Assembly: GCA_038496445.1 (NCBI GenBank)
Contig: JALMLS010000418.1
Span: 1 to 64,000 of the forward strand
Source of the DNA: Trichosphaerium sp. ATCC 40318
Taxonomy: Eukaryota > Protista > Tubulinea
Direction of reading: 5' to 3'
Length of the DNA: 64,000 bases
In this document: piece after piece, positions 53,008 to 64,000 of the stretch
How positions within the stretch are numbered: the stretch's first letter is position 1
Layout of the letters: each line of letters opens with the position of its first letter
Made by a program: the position numbers and the translations under genes
The notes under the pieces: generated by a model
Database searches by the model: none
The model's input: the letters and a program-made list of their open reading frames with translations, nothing else
Told to the model about the DNA's origin: nothing

Positions 53008-55177
53008 TTAGCTAACGGATTTATAGGTCCTAATTCGCCGCGCACGGCGTATTATTAATACTACTACAACAGTAACAACTAATCAGAGTAAGTACAACCC
53101 AAAAAAAACAAGAATCCAAAAAAAAAGTTCACCAAGTGTATCATAAACAACTTTCACAAAACTATTACATATCAGACATACCTATACTATAGATCAACCC
53201 AGATACAGCTATTATAAGATAAAACCACAAACTACCGTCTTGAAAAAGACAAATACATTAGCGCACAAAATAACTAAAAAAAAACCTGATATAAACACGT
53301 ACAGATACAAGCTCCACGGGTTTTGCTGTTTATCCTTAGTATTCCACATGGTGGTAAGCACTTTAGTGCACCTACAGTAGCCTCTGGGTGGTATGCAGAA
53401 GCATCTGAGCATACACTGCAAGCTGCAGACCCAAGTTTTGGTGTGTAAAGTCGCTTAGAAGCATCACACTCTAAACAAAACGTGCTATTGTCCGAGCTTG
53501 AGTAGTAGTCAAGACCACATTGCTGACAAGCAAGAATCTTAAATGCAGAGTAGTTTCCTGCGCCACAAGCCGCTTAAACGTACGTTAGAACTATAGAGGT
53601 GCGCCATAAACTTACGTAGATTAATCACGTAATTGTCTGTAATTATGACGTGATTTGGATCATAAGGTTCTATTAAAACAGAAGGACTTTTCCTTTCAAT
53701 GGTCTTTATGGACTTTAAGTCAGAATATCATACCGGCGAGAAGTGTTTAAAGGTAAAACAAACAATAAAAAAAAGCGTAACGTACATAATTTACATAAAG
53801 AAAGTTGCCGTCGAAAGTACACTTAACAATTGTTGTTGTTCCGTTTGTGGCAGGTGTAAGACGTGCTACAGAGATATCAAGAAGTGAACTAAAAATAAAA
53901 ATAAGAAAATAGCACGTGAGTATGACATCATTAATTGAACAAAGGTAATCGTACTAATTATCTGTGAAATCAACTTCAAAAAACTTGACTTTTGTGTAGT
54001 TAGCGACATTTAAAGAAAGGCCAACAGTATTTGACACAGATGATTTATCCATCACAAGAGATCCTCCATCCACGTTTATAGGTGAATTTTGTATTCCACC
54101 AGAGATGAAAGTCACATCCAAACCTGATCAAAAAATAAGTTTTAAAATTGGTACAATAAAAACCACCTATGTTTATCTTGATGGTCTTAATAACTCTGTA
54201 AAAACTTACCCTTGGTTGTTAATTGTGAGTCAATCAAAACCCCGTCATAAAGTGTAAGGCACGTGCTGGACAATCGTCTAAATTTGCTTGTCAGTGGGTA
54301 TTTTTGTTTCAAAGAATAACCCTTTTGAGGCGTTTTAATTAATGAGAAACACTGCAGTACCATCCTTGCTAGCTGTTATATTTGCTTTTTGGAAAGTAAG
54401 GGTATCCAATGTCGTGGTTCCTTTGAGACACAAACTTGGGAAATGGACTAAAAAGCGACAAATTGATGTAAGTGTTTATGACGTTTTAAGCAAAGCAACT
54501 AATTAAAGCATACCAGGTACACCATAGAAGCTGTTGCTTATTGATGTCATATCTACGTTTAACGTGATATGCTCAGCATCTCTATTATTGGATGCCTTGA
54601 CAATTGGCCAAGGGTAAATAGTGTCAAACGTTAAATTGAACACTGTTTCGTTTTTTGCTTCAAGCAATAACTTTGGTGGTATCTCCCACTGTAACATGGA
54701 GTAACAGTCATGATAATTTTCTGTTGCGTCATAGCAACTGATTGTAATACTATGAGACAGACTGATGATCGTAGGCTTATAAAATTGAGCTAGGGATACG
54801 TTAGCGCGACGAACGTTTGTTTCAAATAAAAATCAGGAATTATTACGTCAATTAATCGTACAAGCTATCGATACTTTGATACAAGGCGCTTTACTCTCGA
54901 TAGCAGATTTTAAAGACGCAAAAGGCTTACTAAATGAGCCGGTTCCCTGTAATTGTGTCAACGTCGTTTTTTAATATTCGTTTAGAGTACACTAAAGGCT
55001 CTAGTGTCAACGTAAACGCAATATTCATTTGGTGACGGTGCAGTGCCTAAAACTTATTAGTTACGCCTTTGTCAGGATTCGTAAGCATCTTAGGCTGCCG
55101 ATACACGTACGTTGAGAGTAAACGGAAAAAGAAAACGCTAGTATCGGTAGCAGCACGCATAATGAACGCAAAAACAT
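53008..55177 (-). CDS. Single-pass cell-surface protein with Cys-rich (CxxC) juxtamembrane repeats
   Basis: Signal peptide MFLRSLCVLLPILAFSF; VYVDT..GTGSFSKPFASFKSAI motif; CGAGNY..CQQCGLDYY repeats; TM followed by RRARRIR. Confidence 0.6.
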
Positions 55178-55354
55178 TATTCGCTAGCGTTACGCTCCAA
55201 GTTACCACTTCGTGAAAAAATGCGATTTAACTTAACACAGCTTTAAGCGGCAAGTTCAACAGTACGGCTTGTCAATACAGCTTGTGACGATTGGTACGTT
55301 CCGAGACATATTTCCAATTCAACCGCTAACTTTGCCTGAAAAGTGACAATCAAA

Positions 55355-56168
55355 ATGGCAACTCCCAGTATTTACACCACAGTTGCGTCGGAGATAATTC
55401 AAACCATTTTTCGAGAGGAACATATTGAATTCAAGCAAAAAGCCTTTGAACTCCTTAAACAACTCTCTATAGTATGTCTACGCGGGGAAGACCCAAACCA
55501 AGTCGATATTTCGATGGCATTCGAAATAATACGCTCCCTGGCAGAAGACGCTGTTAAACGGTAAGTGTTCAAGCAGTGCTACACATTTTCACAACAACAC
55601 TGCCCGTTTGCGCTATATTCGGGCCAAAAGAAACAATTTTGTGACAGTAGTTTTTTTAGAGCTCCGGAAGCAAATTCTACTGTTCTCCATCAACTCTACT
55701 TATCCGTTGTTGATCGCGAGATATCTGCTTTATCCACTGCAGCTTACTCGATGGAGCACGCGCTACGCTCAAATCGTACGTATAAAAAAGAAAACCGCTG
55801 GTTACTGGAAGTTTTGTGTAACAAAACACTTCGTTCCTAAATCAGCTTTGTAGCAAGCTCTGTTGATCCCCGACGCCAAACTGAATTATGTAATGAAGCT
55901 GACAGACTAAAACGCGTTTTGTTGAGTGTTCCACCTGGTACGCCTATTTTAGTGGCTTTTTCGCTCAGAATGTGCTGAACGTGCTAATTTAGTGGATATC
56001 TTTGTTATTGAAATGAAAGAACAGCTGAAAGCCATTATGAACTTGCACGTGTACGAATGTTTTGGGTTTTGAAGGTAATTCACCTTATACCTAGGTGGGT
56101 TTTTGGTCTTGGAGGGTTATCAATGGGTCGCATGTGAAGGAGCTAAAAAACAACAAAAATAAGCTTTG
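55355..56168 (+). CDS. Hypothetical helical protein (3' end approximate)
   Basis: An ATG and consecutive exons bounded by GT-AG. Confidence 0.5.
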
Positions 56169-56409
56169 AACGTACAAATATTTTTACAACGCTTTTTCCG
56201 TTTTAGGCCAGCATCTGCTTTTGGCTTCACGCTGTTCCATGGTTTGGTGCAGCGTCCCAACGCTTTACGCGGCTAAAAACACAAGATTTTTGCTAAGACG
56301 CACGCAACAGTGTTGGATAGAGCGAGGAGCGCTGTACCCTATTTTTCTGTACACCCAAAAAATAAATGTGTACTGCAAGAATCCATGTATAATTATCTAA
56401 TTCTCAACC

Positions 56410-56941
56410 ATGATGCGTCTTATCCTTGTTGCTTTTGCGCTCGTAGCACTTGCTATTTGCCTAGATGTTGTTCCACACGGTGCTTACTGTGGCTCTGACT
56501 CTTCACTCTTTACTATCCGTGTCGATGTAGTTTCTCTTACCGCCATTAATGTAAACGCTACTGTACTTGGTATGCCAGCGTATTGCGCAGACGAGGCTGT
56601 ACGTTCTAGTGATGCTCTTTTCCAATTTTTAAAACGATTGAGTAGGTAACGTACGACGATTCAACACACGTGATTACTATTCCAAACATTAACAAGCCTG
56701 ATGATTGCTTTAACAAGATTCTTGTTGGTAACGGCGTAGACCCAAGCGAAATCACCGTCACCTTCGCTCCAGCTAACAATACTATCATTATCGATGCCTC
56801 TGGAGCTACTATTGACATGCCTGAATGCACGAGCACTCTATCCATTGTAAGAGAAATTTTTTTTTTATGTCGTTTGTATTAACCACGCTGTAGTTGAATT
56901 CTGCTGAGTGGGCCAAGCTTGAAAAGCAGATTCGCGGTTAA
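56410..56941 (+). CDS. Small secreted protein with four to five Cys
   Basis: Signal peptide MMRLILVAFALVALAIC; three exons; PHGAYCGS..YCADEA..PDDCFNKIL. Confidence 0.7.
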
Positions 56942-57553
56942 ATTCAATAAAATGACGTCACTTCACAGCAAATTCGTTTTTGGTTTGTTTACAAACACTT
57001 TGTCAACGCAAAGCACGGTTTCCGTGCGAAAAGAGGAGAAATGGAGACTAAGAAAAGTAGTACTACTTTCTTTCCATCTTACATTCTATCCTTCTTCAAG
57101 AGTAAGCTACGGAGATAATAATCGCCGTCAGTGTCGCATTTTTTATCAAAACCTGTTTCACGCAGCTACATCATAAGTTTTGTCCAGTGATATTAAAATT
57201 TTGACACTTTTTGGTCATTTTGACACGTGACATTTAGAAAACACTACCCAGTATCAAAAAAAATGGTGCGCTCCTACGCTCGGTTTGTCATATCGTCTAC
57301 GCAGCAAACTGATAATTCAATGAACTTCAACAAAACATGTTGTGGATTGTTGGTTGATTAGGCTAAGGCAGATGTTTTACTTGAAAGCCAACACCGCCAG
57401 TGTAAGTCGAAACATAAACAGTATTTCCAATGCGGCGTGTACAGCGTGAGTGCTAGACGGAGTTTCTATTTTTTCTGCCGTGGTTTTTTATTTGAAAATG
57501 TCAGTTAAGCTTGTAGAGTAGCTAATTGCACTTACTTCTACCACGAACAACGT

Positions 57554-59504
57554 ATGGAGCCGTCAGCAGACAGCAATAAAACAACTGTACGCTATTCTAC
57601 AAAAATAGGCAATCACTAACGTGATGCGCTTAATACGCTGTGAATAGCGTTATAGCGTGGTTTTAATGTATTTACAATGTTTAGCCTACTAAAGCGCCTG
57701 CATGGAATCTAGCCATATCCTCGGAGCATCGCTTACGCGCTGAGAACCTCGCGTTTGATATAGACGTCTGGTATCCAGCTTTGAAGCAGTTTACTTTCCC
57801 AACGCTTTTCCACCCTCTCACGCGTACTGAGGCTACAGCTATATTTAACCACTATCGAACAAAGAACGGTTTAAAGCGAGATGCCGACTTGTCTCTTCAG
57901 GATATTCAAGCTTTGGATTCTTTAGAAAAACAACTCGATGTTTTGATTAAAACCAACTTTGGTGACACAGGTGCTTTTCTTAGATTATGTGGAAGAAGCC
58001 CTAAGGATGCCGATCCTCTTGATTACGAGAGCGTATACAGGAGATATACAGAACTATTGGCTGAGTACGAGAAAGAAGGAGAAGATCCAGATGATCCGAG
58101 TACAAAAGTAAAGGTAAAAAACACGTGTTTATTTGGCCGTTATTGTTTGCTATCTAACGGTGTTAATACTGATTTTAGGCGATTGCCCACGTATCAACAT
58201 TGCAAGTGAAATCAGGAGAAGAAGCTATGAGTTTGATTCTAACAAGTGAAAGGGTTTATGCCGATATTCTTGATTGGGTGTTATATGGTGAACCAGAACA
58301 AATAGTCTTACGTCAAGTACTAGCACGTAGCTTTTTGTTCACAGTACTAATTGCGTTGTATTTTAGTGGGAACCAAATTTATCTCTAGATTATGAGTTCC
58401 GTGCTTTTGTATGTAAGAACAAGGTTACTGCAATATCACAATATGATCATTATGGTGTATACCCTTACATATTCCCACTTAAAGAACGTATTCAACATCT
58501 CATACTTGAGAAGTGGGCTGAAGTTCATGAACATGTTGGTATGTAGTACAGTTGTTGTTGGATTATTTTCATAAGTGTTCCTCTTGTCTAATAGTAAATG
58601 TAGGTATTCCTAACTATTGTATGGATTTTGGCTACCTTCCTAATTCAGACAGTATTGTTGTTATTGAATTAAGTCCTTTCATGGACTGTACAGGGACCGC
58701 ATGTTTCAAGTGGAGTACAGATAGAGATTTACTCGAGAATGGCCCACTGACTTTCCGTATGAACCAGAAAATGCGTCCAGATATGGCTCAGGTATTAGAA
58801 GTAAACTGGGATATGGAATGGACAAAGAATGTGAAGCCTTACAAGGTTTATTTGGAAAAAGTTAAAAACAAGTTGTCAAAGGATTCTTCAATGTTAAGTG
58901 ACGCTGGGTCATGGTTCATGTCAAAGTTAAACACTGTGTATAAAAGAGAACCTAATGTACTTTTCGTTTATGGCACGTTGAAGAGAGGGTTTCATTGGAA
59001 CATGAAGTTTTTACAGAAATCAACTTTCGTATCAAAAGCAACAACAAATGTCGCTTTCCCGCTTGTTTTTGGGGAATCTGGAGTACCTTATCTTCTGGGA
59101 GACCAAGAAGGTAAAGGACATATGATTAGTGGCGAGCTTTGGCGTATCAGCGATGAAACACTTCTGGGACTAGACGAATACGAAGGTGTATCAAAAGGGT
59201 TAGTACAACTTTTTTTAACTTACTTTTCGGCTTGAGCTTGCATGCTCTCTTTAGAACTGACGTTGTCATAATTCTCACTACTTTTAGATACTATGAGCGT
59301 ATTGAGATCAAAGTAAAGAGAGAAGGAAGTACACGCGATGTAGTGGCATTTGTATATTGCTTAAAAAAGTCAACAACAGAATTGCTTGAAAAACCTTTCC
59401 AGAAAGCTTACGACTTAGCTTTTCATCAGAAGAATTATGATGCTATTAGACATATCCTTGTAAAACAAGAAAAATATCTTGGTCTAGCTGATGGTAAAGA
59501 TTAA
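57554..59504 (+). CDS. CDC123/R2K-clade ATP-grasp domain fused to a gamma-glutamylcyclotransferase (GGCT/GGACT, AIG2-like) domain
   Basis: FLRLCGRSPKDA, LILTSERVYADI, EFRAFV..AISQY and DF..VIELSPF (CDC123/R2K). In the same open exon: LFVYGTLKRGF..PYLL..ISGELW..LDEYEG, then YYER..AFVY (GGCT). Confidence 0.88.
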
Positions 59505-59806
59505 TCTAAAAATACAATACAGTCACGTGTGCTTGTGTCGAATAAATAACTTACATTCGCCTTTTTGTTTCATTTTGTCTTTAAACTATCCGGATCTTTT
59601 TACCATCTTGAGGTTCACACTTACTGTTATTTGTATGATGTTTATATTAGTTTATGTACCTTGATAGCCGTTTTGTAGCAAAAATGTAGTTTGTAGTTTA
59701 TAGTATGAGAACGAAGATGATAATCTTTATTGTTTTTGTAGTAACAACCCTAAGGCTCTTTGTTCTATTAATGAGGAACGCACGCAAAAAGACACGTGAG
59801 TGACTG

Positions 59807-59846
59807 AATTATTGTGAACAACTTTTTGTGTTTGTTCACAATAATT
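59807..59846. repeat. Perfect 15-bp inverted repeat with 10-nt loop
   Basis: aattattgtgaacaa (59807-59821) and ttgttcacaataatt (59832-59846). Confidence 0.85.
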
Positions 59847-60204
59847 TTTCATTTTGCGTTGCCAACACAAAGCGTCACAATCCCTCTGCAAAGGTGAGGC
59901 TCTTTCTCAAATAACCCCAAATAACGCTTTTTTGTTAGATGTCAAATATGTCAATTAATAGTAAAGGTGTCTCCGAACAACCAAACCCAACCACACTGTA
60001 CAAAGGAGACCCAAATACACGCAATACATATTGGTTTTATGATTTTGATGCCCTGTAAATAAAGAATAAAGTTTTGACGCTACCATCAGAATAGTGTTAA
60101 TCCACAGGCGCGTACAAGAGCTTGAATACTTGTAAACTAGAAACAATGTTTAAGTCAAGCCAGATAGTCCGTTATTGCCAACAAACTAACTGGGTACGCT
60201 CCTC

Positions 60205-61046
60205 ATGGATGAGCAAATCGATACAAGCCCTGAAAACAGGTGTATTAACATAATGCTTGTTGGAGACATAAATGTTGGTAAAACTAGCTTTTTAATGACC
60301 CACGTTAATGGGAGGCGACCTACAACTGAATTTCCGGCGCTTTTACCTGATTTTAAAGAAACAATAATATTTCGTGGCTCAACGCACGAGAGACAACTCA
60401 TTGATACATACCTGTGCGTAGCAGCCAATAAAATAAAAAAAAAACTCAAAAAATGCCGTTAGCTATGGTTACTATTCAGGAAGTCATGATATTAAACAAA
60501 AATGTACCTTTAAACAAATGGCAGAGCTTCAAGGTGGCAGGGTTCGTTTTGTAGTCTTATTTTTCAGGGAGAAACAAACTTATGTTGACATTCAGAAAAA
60601 AATAGGAAATTGATGTTTTCTTGTGTTGCTTTTCGTGTATAGACTTATGTTCTCTTGAACACTTACGGTATGTGCATGAATGCTTGCATGTTATATAACG
60701 CCTATATAGTGACGTTTACCACCCAGAAATAAAAAGATATTTCCCAGATGCAAAGATTGTTCTTTGTGGACTGAAATCAGATCTTCGGACTAGTTTAAAT
60801 ACCGTACAATCAGATAAAGTATTAATTGCAGTGTCTCATAACGATATTGATGAGATAGCTCAAGTACTTGAGGTGTGCTTGTCCAATTTACCACTGCGCA
60901 TGCTTATTTGTGGCTAGGCTTTTGCAGTATGTGAGTGCAGTGTCCTTGAAGGAAAGAAGGAGGCTGATAAGGTACTAGGTATTTGTATGTGTGCAGGTTT
61001 GGGATTGCCTATTATGAAGCCTAAAAGAAGTTGTGTTTTGATTTAG
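60205..61046 (+). CDS. Atypical Rho-family small GTPase
   Basis: IMLVGDINVGKTS, DVFLCCFS, IVLCGLKSDLR, ECS, and a polybasic plus CaaX end KPKRSCVLI. Confidence 0.85.
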
Positions 61047-61296
61047 AAAAGTCAGCAATCTACATACTTCTGGTAGAATTCACTGTACTAGCGTTCTTTG
61101 CTGCGCTCCTTTTAGCGCCTAGCATTGCGATCATATCAGCAAAACTACTCTCGCATAATGAGATGAACCATTTCAACTTATTCAGTAGAACGTGGTCACG
61201 ACCAAATAAACGACTTAATGCTTGAATTAATTAAGTTATCCACAAACTTGAGCCAGGAATATTTAGTAGTTGTTACTGACTCTTGTACCTGCGCAA

Positions 61297-63933
61297 ATGG
61301 AAGAAACAGACGAGAATACACCCAAAGCTGCTAAGGCGGTTTTAAAACGTACCAGTACGCCATAACGTAAATATAGACACTAAATACTAGCGATAAGCGG
61401 TTGTTTAAACGTTAAGACATTAATTGTGGTTGTTAGATGGTATTGAAGCAGCGCCACTGCACAAAATACTTTGGCACGCTGACTGGCTGTGCCTTGTAGT
61501 TGATCTGTGTTCGTTTGATGAAGTGGCGAAACTAAGTTTGTGTTCAAGTCTCTTAAGACAGCACTTTCTTCCTTACTATATTTCTGGACTTGCGCCTGAA
61601 AAGCCATGTGCTAACGACAAAAGACAAAGAAAGCTACAATTAGTGAACGCTGCTGTTGATGAATACGACATTTGTTATAGCTATCCTGATGACAACTGGA
61701 TGGTAGATGGTCTTCGCAATATTGTAAGAAAAGCAGATATACTTTACACAACCTTAAGCTATTATACTGGTTTGGAAGCTTGTCGTCACATTGTTGGAAG
61801 GTAATTATTTACGCTGTAAACCAGTTCTAACTTTTCATGATATCAGGATGTTGTTTGAAGCAAATGACATACTCAACATTGAAAGAAAAGGTATCAATAT
61901 TATGACTTATCACGGAATTGTAAGTGCAATTGAAAGAGTGGAAGATGAACGTCTATACAGTTGTCTCAGGTTGTATATTACTTTTTAACTTGATTGTTAA
62001 CGATAGTGTAGTGTTAGTTGTATTGCTGATATTTCAAATAATTATGATGATGTCCAGGCTTTATCCGTTCGTGGTACAATTGACAAATACCTTGGAGCAT
62101 CCGATTACGCCATTTCTCCAAGAACGTCTGTAGTCTTTTTGCCGGAAGATAGACAACGTGAAGTGGAAGAAGCAAAGGTACTGCTAAACGTTCATGTGGA
62201 TTATAATCCTCTGTTGCTAGGCATCTAGTGCGCCTTACTTTCAACCAATGGCATTACTTCATGTTGTCAAAAAATTAGGATACCACGTGACATTGAAGGC
62301 ACTTGTTGCTCTTGATAAAATACTTCACGATTGTATGCTATCTTTGTTTTCAATGGCCAAAGCACTTTCTCCATTGACAAATGATTATGGTCTTGTAACT
62401 GATGATAACTTTCAAACTATTTGGACAGGAGTTTATGATAGCGATTATATGCTTGAGTGTGGATATTCCCAAGACTTACCACCATTACAGAATCTGGCTA
62501 TTGAGTACGCATTTCTTGCTGTAGTGTTTACTGATCGTTACAAAGGGTGGATTTGAATAGCATTGATACAAAGGAGCTCCCTTGCATTGTTAGAAATGGT
62601 ACTTCGTCTCTATGCGATGTAACATTTGTTGTGATTGATAAAGAAACACCAGTATTCCAAGTCAAATCTTCAAGATACGCTGTCTCAACTACAAACAAGT
62701 ACAAATACCTTTGTCACTTTAAATAATAATGGTTGTTTAGGTACTTCTTGAGCCAGTTTACTGGTGGTTTCAAACAAGAAGATGTGATCCAATATGTTCT
62801 CATTGATGGCGAAACACCAGATTCCGCATTTCATTTCTTGAACATCATGACAAGCGTGAACTACAGAAAAGAGATTGACCTTCTCAAAGAAAAAAACCCA
62901 CCATTTAAGACACTCAAAGGTGTAGTCGTAAAACTAGGACAGGTAATAGTCTAAAGTCTAATAGGTAAGTATTAATAAGATACTTCAGGTTCTAGCTGAG
63001 GATATTCAATACTACTTTTTTACAACACTGTTCCACATCGGACTTACCAAACCAAGATTTCTTGATATGTTAGATATTGCAGGCAGTTTATTGAAGAAAC
63101 TGTCTAAAAGAAACTGCAAAAAACTTTATGTATCGTTAACTGGAATATTCAACAAAGGCTGCACGTTCATGACTTACATCATGAATAAGAAAAAAGCAAG
63201 AAAAATTCCTGAAGGTTTACTAGAGATGTTTTGTAAGTCCTATTTTGAGGACGATCCGCCTTATTTGCAATCAACGGCAGACTTGTGGATACTTGCAAGT
63301 ACGACAATCTTTTATTTGTACTTTGACTAACATTATTTGACTCAATAGGAATGGGATCACACGACGATATAGCCGAGAAATTAGAGACAAAATTACCTCC
63401 TACTTTTGCGTCACATCTTTACTTGTGTAAGGATGACCCTAAAAAACTATGGTGGCATAGTTGGTTTGGTGATTTTGTTACAAAAGAGCAGCTTCAACAA
63501 AGTGCACATAGGTTTCAACAGGCATGCACAAGTGTTAGAGTAACAAGGTATTTGAATTTTTGTTCTAAATGATAGTGACATCCTTTGCCAAGACCAGCAA
63601 TATTGGGTTCATATACTATAAAGCCAGGTGAAGACTATGTGCTCTTAGCTGGAGGATTAAAGTGGTAGGTTAGTTTCTAAACACTATTACTTATATTGAT
63701 GTAGGAATGTAACTCAACAAGACAGGAACATTACTGTGGCTCTGGACAGAAGTATTATCGGGAATATTTTGTACATGGACTACAAAGCCAAAATATTATC
63801 AAAATCAAAGAAATTATGTTTTAAAGAGTTGAATGGTAGATGTGTTGTACAGTTTACAGCTCGTATTGTTACTCCTGCAAGATGTTACCGCATAGTAATA
63901 AGTGGAAAGTCAGTGATTGATCTAAGTAGCTAA
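61297..63933 (+). CDS. Uncharacterised F-box-like family, copy 3
   Basis: Same motifs and introns as copies 1 and 2. LVVDLCSFDEVAKLSLCSSLLRQ. Confidence 0.75.
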
Positions 63934-64000
63934 TTTCAAACTTCCTGTACCAACTGTTTTTTTGGAATAAATGGTTCCTTTTTCTTGACAATAACGATGG

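Noticed and set aside
1-64000. Alternative genetic code or stop-codon readthrough suggested by the fragmented ORFs
   Set aside because: The in-frame stops I examined fall inside short introns, and TAA, TAG and TGA all end conserved proteins.
1-64000. tRNA, rRNA, snRNA or CRISPR arrays
   Set aside because: None was recognisable by eye. A covariance-model scan would be needed to exclude small RNAs in the longer intergenic gaps (1530-2630, 13230-14050, 16240-17590, 20500-21480).

Overview
This is gene-dense, AT-rich (roughly 35% GC by eye) eukaryotic nuclear DNA with the standard genetic code and many short spliceosomal introns, mostly 30-110 nt. The six-frame ORFs are therefore exon fragments, and all gene models below were spliced by hand. 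The gene content (Frizzled-CRD and cAMP-receptor-like GPCRs, a Zn2Cys6 factor, a CDC123/R2K ATP-grasp enzyme, Cys/Pro-rich surface proteins) suggests an amoeboid protist; that is inference. About 30 genes are supportable, including a MAST-type AGC kinase, an M28 peptidase, Beclin-1/Atg6, a GH79 heparanase-like enzyme, a beta-helix protein, an atypical Rho GTPase and three local paralog families. The main points of interest are: (1) the palindrome CACGTG is about nine-fold over-represented, sits largely in introns, and forms the donor (GCACGTG) of several GC-AG introns; (2) a CDC123/R2K ATP-grasp ligase is fused to a gamma-glutamylcyclotransferase domain; (3) a candidate gustatory-receptor-like 7TM ion channel; (4) unusual cullin-ligase parts (SPRY-DCN1 fusion, WD40-SOCS box-CaaX, mosaic F-box-like family); (5) a divergent, tail-less ribosomal P0/uL10 paralog. 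I saw no rRNA, tRNA, CRISPR array or transposase.
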